From: Podarcis pityusensis
Lineage: Eukaryota
Strand: one strand, 5' to 3'
Length of the DNA stretch: 55,178 nucleotides
Assembly (NCBI GenBank): GCA_964106645.2
Contig: CAXKZF020000068.1
Shown here: positions 16,465-23,618 of the stretch, one piece after another
How the letters are laid out: every line of letters starts with the position of its first letter
Position numbering within the stretch: position 1 is the first letter of the stretch
The notes under the pieces: generated by a model
What the model was told of the DNA's origin: nothing
Seen by the model: the letters and a program-made list of their open reading frames with translations, nothing else
Databases searched by the model: none
Program-made: the position numbers and the translations under genes

Positions 16465-16508
16465 TGAAGAATCCCGTTGCAGCGGGACCAGAAATCGGAA
16501 GGAATGTC

Positions 16509-16724
16509 ATGACTGTTCTCGCTTTTCGTTCGCGTGGCCGGCACCGCACAGGTGTTCCTGCGCTTGAACTCATCGCTTCACGTAAGCCCGCCGCTGTGAA
16601 TGCTCCGGTGTGCGGCAGCTGCACTTCCATCAACCTCAGCGCACACGAGGATCCCGGGTTCGGTGACTACTTCGTGTGCGAGGACTGCATGACGCAACTC
16701 GACACAGACGGGAGCCGACTGTGA
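16509..16724 (+). CDS. Small Zn-ribbon protein
   Basis: SD GGAAGGA; CGSC...CEDC. Confidence 0.65.
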   Translation: MTVLAFRSRGRHRTGVPALELIASRKPAAVNAPVCGSCTSINLSAHEDPGFGDYFVCEDCMTQLDTDGSRL

Positions 16725-16912
16725 GATCCCTTGCGCAGCATTGCGACATGCTCGAATCCCTCGCACTCATGGACGACCTGACAGACCGGCACGAACGGTT
16801 GGAGCGCCGCAAGTTGTGGCGCGGACGAACCTACGTCGCCGTCACCCTCACCGGACTCTGCGCCACCTTCGCCTACACCCTCACCGGATACCTGAACGGA
16901 TACGCAGCATGA
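16721..16912 (+). CDS. Small membrane protein
   Basis: GTGA overlap; C-terminal TM segment. Confidence 0.55.
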   Translation: MRSLAQHCDMLESLALMDDLTDRHERLERRKLWRGRTYVAVTLTGLCATFAYTLTGYLNGYAA

Positions 16913-17283
16913 GGACACGAGAAGAGTTGGCCGAGACCATCGCCGTCACGCTGCGTGGCGAAGACCAGTTCGGCTACACCGACATCAGCGACTTGAGCGA
17001 CGCCGTCCTCGACAGCCGTTACGACCTACTCGCAGTCGCCGACGCGGTCCTCGCCGACTACCAGCCCAAGCCTCGCACAGTGGACAACATCGAAGAGTTG
17101 CGTGAACTACCAGTCGGAACAGTCATCTGGTATTCACTGCGCTACGACGGACAAGCCATGTACTCAGTCATGGAAAAGGGACTCGACGGCACATGGCTAA
17201 GCGCAATGGACCCCGAAGATGACTACGCCTATAAGCCGCTGCTTCCCGCGACGGTCTTGTTCACCCCGGAGGCAACAGCATGA
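16909..17283 (+). CDS. Hypothetical protein
   Basis: ATGA overlap; shares a domain with 20957-21277. Confidence 0.65.
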   Translation: MRTREELAETIAVTLRGEDQFGYTDISDLSDAVLDSRYDLLAVADAVLADYQPKPRTVDNIEELRELPVGTVIWYSLRYDGQAMYSVMEKGLDGTWLSAMDPEDDYAYKPLLPATVLFTPEATA

Positions 17284-17495
17284 GCACTTACCTCGAAGAA
17301 CTCGCCACGCTCGCCGCGAAGATCGGCGACGACAACGCGAAAGCCACCCTCGATTTGGGTTGGATTGGGCCGCAGGAACGGGACGCCCTCGTCGACGCCG
17401 CACAGCAGGCCCGGAAGCAGCTGGATAAGGCCCGCACCGACCTGCAACAGGCGCAGATGACCGCGAACATGCCCAACGTCGGCGGTGCAATGTGA
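17280..17495 (+). CDS. Hypothetical protein
   Basis: Coupled ORF with SD GGAGG. Confidence 0.6.
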   Translation: MSTYLEELATLAAKIGDDNAKATLDLGWIGPQERDALVDAAQQARKQLDKARTDLQQAQMTANMPNVGGAM

Positions 17496-17824
17496 GCACT
17501 CTCTACAAGATCGAATGCGACCTTTTCGACGACCAGTCGGAATGCTGGCCCGACGACCTACTGTTCCTGCCACGCGCAGGCATCGACACCATGCTCGACA
17601 TCCTCGTTGAAGGGATGCGCCGAAAGCTGGCCGTCAACCCGCTCTATCCGACCGAGGAACTCGCGACTATCCGCGAGAACATGCACATTGTGCCAGCGCT
17701 CGAAGGTACTGCCGCGAGAGCTTATTTCGCTCAGAAAGGGCTCGATGCCCTCGAAATTGGTGACGTGCGACGGGCGCATGCATGTGCCATTTGGCAGCGC
17801 ACGCTCGAACTGGAGGGGGAGTGA
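17492..17824 (+). CDS. Hypothetical protein
   Basis: GTGA-coupled. Confidence 0.6.
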   Translation: MSTLYKIECDLFDDQSECWPDDLLFLPRAGIDTMLDILVEGMRRKLAVNPLYPTEELATIRENMHIVPALEGTAARAYFAQKGLDALEIGDVRRAHACAIWQRTLELEGE

Positions 17825-17994
17825 TGGCGAATCACATCAACGCGCCTGTCGTATTCGTCTTCGACAACGGCGACAAAATCACCATCCGGCCCGAAGAAGA
17901 CTGCCTCAAGATCCATGCCTCCGGGGCACGTATTGGAAAGCTCTCGATCGAGCCCGAAGGCTCAAACATGTTGGCCCTCCGGGTGATCGAATGA
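17824..17994 (+). CDS. Hypothetical protein
   Basis: TGATG-coupled with SD GGAGGGG. Confidence 0.6.
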   Translation: MANHINAPVVFVFDNGDKITIRPEEDCLKIHASGARIGKLSIEPEGSNMLALRVIE

Positions 17995-18098
17995 GCCACT
18001 TCGATCACGACGACGGACTAGAAGACCCCGTCACCCTCGACCGCTGGGAAGACAACGACGCATGGGACCGAGCCCACGAACAGGCGGCAGGGAAATGA
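17991..18098 (+). CDS. Small acidic protein (35 aa)
   Basis: ATGA overlaps on both ends. Confidence 0.5.
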   Translation: MSHFDHDDGLEDPVTLDRWEDNDAWDRAHEQAAGK

Positions 18099-18697
18099 TC
18101 GCTACCAGCCTCTCCACCCAATCCTGCCCCACCGGACTCTGCGGGCAATGCGGGCCCTGCCGACGCGAAATGCGCGAAGCCGACCGATTGATGCGGCCCA
18201 AAACGCTACCGCCCATCGAGCTTTCACCCACCGTCCAACAACTCCTAGCCGAAGACCGCAAACGCACCCGACCCACACGCAGACCCATCCCCAAAGTCGC
18301 CAACCGCCGAGCAGCAACCCCCACCGCGATCCCCACATCCAACCAAGCCTGCACCCAATGCGGCGAACTCCGCGGATACCGAACCATCGGCTCCAAAGCC
18401 ACCACCCACATCCTCGACGGCGAAGGCACCCTCTGCCAAGTCTGCGCAGACCACCCCCGCATCCAAGCCACCATCACCCGCCTCGAAAACAAACCAGGCC
18501 CACGCACCAAATCCGAAACAACACTCCTCTCCAAATCACGATTCCGCATCCAACGAATCACCAAAAACGGCAGACCATTCCACCCCAACGCCAACCACGG
18601 CTCAGGCAACGGATACGTCTCCTACCTCTGCCGATGCGCCGAATGCCGCGACTGGCGCGCCGAACAAGACCGCGCAGCGAGAGCCAAAAAACGATGA
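18095..18697 (+). CDS. Multi-Zn-finger protein
   Basis: CxxxxCxxCxxC, CTQC...CQVC and HG..NGY...CRCAEC. Confidence 0.65.
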   Translation: MIATSLSTQSCPTGLCGQCGPCRREMREADRLMRPKTLPPIELSPTVQQLLAEDRKRTRPTRRPIPKVANRRAATPTAIPTSNQACTQCGELRGYRTIGSKATTHILDGEGTLCQVCADHPRIQATITRLENKPGPRTKSETTLLSKSRFRIQRITKNGRPFHPNANHGSGNGYVSYLCRCAECRDWRAEQDRAARAKKR

Positions 18698-19629
18698 CCC
18701 ACACCCTCACCATCATCGACACAGCGCATCCCGGCCGGCCGCCCCTCACCATGAACGAATGGCGCAACGCCCACTGGACAAAAAAGTCCAAGGCCCGCAC
18801 CCGCATCCACTGGCAGATCCGACAAGCACTACAAACCAACCCGATCCCCATGTGCGAACAAGTAACCATCAGCATCACCCAATACGCACCCGACGCCCGC
18901 ATCCGAGACGCAGACGGCCTCAGCGCATTCCGCAAAGACGCCATCGACGCACTCCGCCAACACGTCATCCCCGACGACGCCCAAAAGCATGTGATTGACG
19001 GCGGCAACACCATCCTCCTGGACCGCGAAAACCCTCGCATCGAGATTCGAATCGAGCCCACACCATTGAGCACACGAAACTCCCTCGGATACCTATCCGC
19101 AGCAACACTCCTCGCCTCCATTATTGTCGCGAACTGGGCAACCACCCGATTCGGATTCGTCCCAGTCGGATTCGGATTCGCTGCGACAGCTGGCACATTC
19201 GCCGCCGGCTTCGCACTCGCCGCCCGAGACGCGACGCAAGACCTCCTCGGCAAACCGAAGATGCTCGCAGTACTCGCTGTCGGCGCAGTCCTGTCGTATC
19301 TGATCGCGGATCCGTTCATCGCCACCGCATCGGCAGTCGCATTTGCCGTCGCGGAGTTGCTCAACTTTGCGGTCTACACGCCCTTGCGGAACCGATCGAA
19401 ACTCGGTGATCGCAGGTGGGCTGCAGCTGTCACCGCATCCAGCCTCACCGGAGCCCTGGCCGACACCGTCATATTCCTCGCGATCGCATTCGGTTGGGCT
19501 GCTGTACTGCCAGCGCTCGCAGGACAGCTCGTCGGCAAAGCGTGGGCCACCCTCGCATACCTCATTCTCGGCAAGGCGGTGTCACGTGGTGCTGTACTTC
19601 GCCAACCCCTCCAGCCAGAAGGTGCGTGA
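18694..19629 (+). CDS. In-frame fusion of RusA-like Holliday junction resolvase (18694-19065) and VUT/YhhQ-family queuosine-precursor transporter (19066-19629)
   Basis: RusA part: RDADG...KDAIDAL...VIPDD. VUT part: ANW...G.VPVGFG..A.AGT...RD..Q...G...DT.IFL..AFG with multiple TM segments. Confidence 0.8.
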   Translation: MTHTLTIIDTAHPGRPPLTMNEWRNAHWTKKSKARTRIHWQIRQALQTNPIPMCEQVTISITQYAPDARIRDADGLSAFRKDAIDALRQHVIPDDAQKHVIDGGNTILLDRENPRIEIRIEPTPLSTRNSLGYLSAATLLASIIVANWATTRFGFVPVGFGFAATAGTFAAGFALAARDATQDLLGKPKMLAVLAVGAVLSYLIADPFIATASAVAFAVAELLNFAVYTPLRNRSKLGDRRWAAAVTASSLTGALADTVIFLAIAFGWAAVLPALAGQLVGKAWATLAYLILGKAVSRGAVLRQPLQPEGA

Positions 19630-20218
19630 CGCCATGCGCAAAGAACTGCTCGGCTACATCGACACCCCAGCGCAAGGCAACAAACGTGAACCGGGCGTGG
19701 CATGGGTGGCGGACAACGGATGCTTCGGCAAAGGGTACCCAGGGGACATCCAGTACATCGCGTGGCTGCTCGCCAACCGTGACGACGCCGGCACATGCCT
19801 GTTCGCCACCGCGCCCGACGTGGTGGGGGACGCGAAAGAAACATTGAAGCGGTCGAAGCCGTTCCTGCCCGTGATCAGAGCGCTCGGATACCCGGTCGCC
19901 CTCGTCGCTCAGGACGGCCTCGAAAACCTGACAGTGCCGTGGGACTCGTTCGACGCCCTGTTCATCGGCGGATCCACCGAATGGAAACTCGGCAAACACG
20001 CCCGGAACTTGGTGACGGAAGCGAAACGTCGCGGCAAACACGTCCATATGGGACGCGTGAATTCCAAAACCCGCTACAGGTACGCGGAAGCCATCGGGTG
20101 CGACTCGGTGGACGGAACGTATCTCGCGTTCGGACCGGACGAGAACCTGCCGAAACTTCTTTCGTGGGTGGACAGCATTCAGAACCAAACCGCTATCGAC
20201 GTAAGGGGTATTGCATGA
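19586..20218 (+). CDS. TGT/DpdA-like guanine transglycosylase (minimal)
   Basis: ADNGCF, APD, FIGG, HVHMGRV and DSVDGT occur in the same order as the TGT motifs DSGGF, D, IGG, xLMGV and DMFDC; adjacent to the VUT gene. Confidence 0.7.
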   Translation: MVLYFANPSSQKVRDAMRKELLGYIDTPAQGNKREPGVAWVADNGCFGKGYPGDIQYIAWLLANRDDAGTCLFATAPDVVGDAKETLKRSKPFLPVIRALGYPVALVAQDGLENLTVPWDSFDALFIGGSTEWKLGKHARNLVTEAKRRGKHVHMGRVNSKTRYRYAEAIGCDSVDGTYLAFGPDENLPKLLSWVDSIQNQTAIDVRGIA

Positions 20219-20565
20219 CCGCGCCTGATCCGGGGTTGACCGACCTCATCGCAGCGCACCAGGTGATGAGCCAGCAGTGGGTTCCGGCCGGTGCTGAGTA
20301 CCGGCTCGTCTGCAAGTGCGGCATATGGATGGGAGCCGACGCTTTCCCTGCGCATGTGGCGTTGGTGGTGAAGCAGTACATCAACGGGCGGACAGCGCCA
20401 GTGCTTGAAGATTTCGACTGGCACATCCAGAACGCGTCGAACGGTGCAGTCTGCGCAGCCGAGGCCGACGACGGGCAAGCGCTCATGTCTTACCAATTGG
20501 AGATGGGCATATACAAACGGGCGGCTCAACTCCTCCGCGCAGCTTTGGAAGGGGAACAGCAATGA
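20215..20565 (+). CDS. Hypothetical protein
   Basis: ATGA-coupled; H...CKCG...H pattern. Confidence 0.6.
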   Translation: MTAPDPGLTDLIAAHQVMSQQWVPAGAEYRLVCKCGIWMGADAFPAHVALVVKQYINGRTAPVLEDFDWHIQNASNGAVCAAEADDGQALMSYQLEMGIYKRAAQLLRAALEGEQQ

Positions 20566-20960
20566 GCAGACGCGAGTACACAATCCGACTTATCTGCGCA
20601 CATGAAGGATGCAAGGATAACTCGTTCACGACTGCAACCAGCCGACGCGAAGAGGATGAAATTCGCGCCAGATACCGAAAGTTCCCATATCGCTGCGTAC
20701 GACACACCAACCCCGACGAAGTGCTATCTGCTGACAATCCCGAGCAGACGATCACACTCACCGCAGAGAAGGTTGTTGCGCCACACCTACGTGGCATTGA
20801 CCTTCCTGGTGAAGTTCGGCACCTCGACGGCCTCTTCTGGGATAAGCGGCAGGGATTCACGTACGGCCCCGGCTTCAAGGCCTACGCATCCGACTTTCCG
20901 CCTGGCACAAAGCTGATCGTCACCGCCCGAATCGAACTGCCTTCTGAGGAGTCGTTGTGA
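20562..20960 (+). CDS. Hypothetical protein (Cys/His N-terminus)
   Basis: Coupled ORF. Confidence 0.65.
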   Translation: MSRREYTIRLICAHEGCKDNSFTTATSRREEDEIRARYRKFPYRCVRHTNPDEVLSADNPEQTITLTAEKVVAPHLRGIDLPGEVRHLDGLFWDKRQGFTYGPGFKAYASDFPPGTKLIVTARIELPSEESL

Positions 20961-21277
20961 GTGAGATCCGATCACAGGCCACACCCGCGAGAGACGAACT
21001 GGTGCACATATTGGCCGGCGCAGTTCTCGACAACCCCGGTGGCGTTGGGACGCTGCCACAGCACGCGGCCGACCGACTCCTCGCCGCTGGTTGGTCGAAG
21101 CCTCACACGGTGAACAGCATCGAAGACTTAGAGGCGCTGCCGATTGGGTCGGTTCTCGCACGAAACCTCGACCATCCAGACGAGATGGACGTGTACGTCA
21201 AGCGCAGTGACACGGCCGGATGGCGATACCTGCCGCTCCCGATGACTGTTCTGTTCACTCCGGGCGGTGAAGGGTGA
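20957..21277 (+). CDS. Hypothetical protein
   Basis: GTGA-coupled with SD GAGGAG; shares a domain with 16909-17283. Confidence 0.65.
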   Translation: MSEIRSQATPARDELVHILAGAVLDNPGGVGTLPQHAADRLLAAGWSKPHTVNSIEDLEALPIGSVLARNLDHPDEMDVYVKRSDTAGWRYLPLPMTVLFTPGGEG

Positions 21278-21495
21278 GCAGAATCGAAAGCCAACTCCGG
21301 GACGCGCTCTACAGATCAGGCCGAGACATCGTAGAGAAAGCAACCGACCCAGACCAGCAGAAGATGCTGACCTACCTCCGATCGCTCGGCCCCGAAAAGT
21401 GCGAGCAATGGCTGGACAACTACGGCAACGCCTACGCCAAAGCGATCCTCCCCGTCATCCTCCCCATCATCAAGGAATACGCCGGTGACAACTGA
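21274..21495 (+). CDS. Hypothetical protein
   Basis: Coupled ORF. Confidence 0.6.
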   Translation: MSRIESQLRDALYRSGRDIVEKATDPDQQKMLTYLRSLGPEKCEQWLDNYGNAYAKAILPVILPIIKEYAGDN

Positions 21496-21784
21496 CCTCC
21501 TCGAATGGACTCCCGCAGACTCCAAAGCCCTCGACGCCTACGCCCGATCCATCCCCGGCCGGCCACCACTCAAACGCGACCCACACCTAGCCGAACTCCT
21601 CGCAACACTCCCAGGCCCAGGCGGACGCATCGGAATCGACATCGGACAACCCTGCCGAGAATGCGGAACCCCCATGGCACCCCGAACCCGACGCATCGAA
21701 GGCCACACCCCACACGGCGCACGAGGACGCTGCCGACCCTGCCACGACCGCGCACGCCACCGCATCGGAGGACACCGTGACTGA
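21485..21784 (+). CDS. Small Zn-finger protein
   Basis: CRECG...HGARGRCRPC. Confidence 0.6.
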   Translation: MTTDLLEWTPADSKALDAYARSIPGRPPLKRDPHLAELLATLPGPGGRIGIDIGQPCRECGTPMAPRTRRIEGHTPHGARGRCRPCHDRARHRIGGHRD

Positions 21785-22427
21785 ACACTGGTTCATCCCA
21801 CGCCACGAACAACAGGAGCTCACCGACGCTCTGGGGGAAGTCCGAGACATCCTCGACGACCTCCAAGAAGCCCAGAAACCCCGCATCGCCACCGCCAACT
21901 GGAACCCCAAAGTCACCACAGGAGACCGCCCCCAACCCTTGCCGTTCAACGTCGCAGCCGTCGACGCCGCCGACAGACTCCTCATCGAACTCGAACGATG
22001 GGTGTACTGGCTCGCTGACGCACGACAGATCGCAGCACCCAACACCCACTGCGCAGGCTACGCAGACTGGCTCACACGCAACATCCTGCTCCTCGCCGCA
22101 ACCCCAGGCAGCGAAGCCGCACACCACGACATCACTTCGGAAATCAGGCACGCACGCAACGCATCCGGACGCAGCCACCTCCAACCCATCCCCAAACCCA
22201 ACCCCACCCGCCTCGCCCAAGCACACGCCGAACAACTCAACGCCCGAGGCATCGCCACCCTCGCCAAACACATCGGCGCCCAAGGCCTCACCATCCGCCG
22301 CATCAACCACCTCGTCGAAAAACACAAAATTACGCCGATCCGCTACGCGGACAAGAAAACCCCCATCTACACACTCGGTGACATACTCGACGCCCACTAC
22401 GCCACACCCCAACGAAAGGCATCATGA
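21777..22427 (+). CDS. HTH DNA-binding protein, possible late-gene regulator
   Basis: C-terminal HTH-like segment (TIRRINHL...YTLGDIL); lies at the end of the early region before the terminases. Confidence 0.55.
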   Translation: MTEHWFIPRHEQQELTDALGEVRDILDDLQEAQKPRIATANWNPKVTTGDRPQPLPFNVAAVDAADRLLIELERWVYWLADARQIAAPNTHCAGYADWLTRNILLLAATPGSEAAHHDITSEIRHARNASGRSHLQPIPKPNPTRLAQAHAEQLNARGIATLAKHIGAQGLTIRRINHLVEKHKITPIRYADKKTPIYTLGDILDAHYATPQRKAS

Positions 22428-22648
22428 AAATGGGAGCACCAAGTCCGACACCCACACTGTCCATCGAAGACATCAAGAACATGTCGAGCATGGCGATCAC
22501 ACGAACACAGGTTTCGCAAGCGCTCGGAATAGACCCCCGCACAGTCCGAATTGGCATCGAGGACGGCACTATCCCGTCTGTTCGGATCGGTAGACGAATC
22601 CTCATTCCTCGACTGCCGTTCCTGGCAATATTCGGAGCTGATGCATAG
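22424..22648 (+). CDS. Excisionase-family HTH protein
   Basis: TQVSQALGIDPRTV...GTIPSVRIGRRILIPR. Confidence 0.8.
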   Translation: MKMGAPSPTPTLSIEDIKNMSSMAITRTQVSQALGIDPRTVRIGIEDGTIPSVRIGRRILIPRLPFLAIFGADA

Positions 22649-22690
22649 TTATGCACGCATGCGGATGATCATCTGATACGCTATGCGCGT

Positions 22691-22731
22691 ACGCGACACC
22701 TGACAATCACTCGGGTGTCGCGTTTCGTCTT
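22691..22731 (+). terminator. Hairpin/terminator just downstream of an extended -10 promoter
   Basis: 13-bp stem ACGCGACACCTGA/TCGGGTGTCGCGT followed by TTCGTCTT; TGaTACGCT at 22674-22682. Confidence 0.6.
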
Positions 22732-22840
22732 GCTGCACACCGCGCCCACTTCCCCCCAGGGCGCACCTTTTGAGGATGGTGCAGCAACCCCCGGAGCAGT
22801 CGCTAGCCAGCGCGCCCGGGGTTCAACTTCAGGAGGCCCA

Positions 22841-22894
22841 ATGATCGAAACACTCCGCATCATCTGGGCACTCATCCAATACTGGATCATCTAA
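22841..22894 (+). CDS. 17-aa hydrophobic micro-ORF (MIETLRIIWALIQYWII)
   Basis: Strong SD AGGAGG; TAATG-coupled to the next micro-ORF. Confidence 0.5.
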   Translation: MIETLRIIWALIQYWII

Positions 22895-22959
22895 TGCCAA
22901 CCCGCGAACTACTCATCTGGGCAATCACCGGAATCTGGCGCATGTGGAGGTGGCAGTAA
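22894..22959 (+). CDS. 21-aa Trp-rich micro-ORF (MPTRELLIWAITGIWRMWRWQ)
   Basis: TAATG-coupled on both sides. Confidence 0.45.
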   Translation: MPTRELLIWAITGIWRMWRWQ

Positions 22960-23099
22960 TGCAATCACTCCAAGACCAACTCGACAAAAACGAATGGGAC
23001 CTCGAACAAGCACGACGCGCAGGCAACCCAAACGCCATCGACACCCTCCTCGACCAACGCAACCGAATCCTGACAGACATCCACAACACACGCACATAA
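22959..23099 (+). CDS. 46-aa helical hypothetical protein
   Basis: SD GGAGGTG with TAATG coupling. Confidence 0.55.
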   Translation: MQSLQDQLDKNEWDLEQARRAGNPNAIDTLLDQRNRILTDIHNTRT

Positions 23100-23120
23100 C
23101 CACCCCAAACGAGGTGAACA

Positions 23121-23615
23121 ATGCCCCGATGGGAATGGACACCCGAACAAGACTCCACACTCCGAGAACACCACGCACTCGGAAAAACCCAACAACAAGC
23201 AGCCGACCAAATCGGATGCACCAGACCAGACATCAGCCGAAGAGCAAAACGACTCGGAATACTCTGGCAAGAACCAAGCCCCGCCATCGAAGCAATGCGC
23301 CAGAAAAATGCTGACAGGTCCGCGCAGGCGCGTGCGCAACTCGCAGCCGCAGTCCTAGCCGACGCCATAAACATCCGCGAACGCATCTGGGACCAGTACA
23401 CCGTCATCGTCTCCACACCACACGGGCCAGTGACCGAGATCCTCGACCTGCCAGACGCGAAAGCCGTCGCTGAATTCACCGCCGCAGTCGAACGCCTCAT
23501 CAAGTCCCACGAAAACCTGACCCGCATGGGTGCCGGCCAAGACGCTGACGTCGCGAAGTCGATGCTCAACGAACTGTTCGAGCAGGTGAAGAAACTAGCC
23601 GACGAAAAGGAATAA
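23121..23615 (+). CDS. terS: Terminase small subunit
   Basis: N-terminal HTH; immediately upstream of terL; SD GAGGTG. Confidence 0.75.
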   Translation: MPRWEWTPEQDSTLREHHALGKTQQQAADQIGCTRPDISRRAKRLGILWQEPSPAIEAMRQKNADRSAQARAQLAAAVLADAINIRERIWDQYTVIVSTPHGPVTEILDLPDAKAVAEFTAAVERLIKSHENLTRMGAGQDADVAKSMLNELFEQVKKLADEKE

Positions 23616-23618
23616 CTG

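Noticed and set aside
16269-16508. N-terminal 80 aa of ORF 16269-16724
   Set aside because: The region contains a promoter, inverted repeats and a strong SD before ATG 16509, so it is treated as intergenic.
18148-18693. 182-aa Pro/His/Arg-rich N-terminal extension of the RusA-VUT ORF
   Set aside because: It is an alternative-frame shadow of the C/A-rich gene 18095-18697. The ATGA overlap at 18694 gives the natural start.
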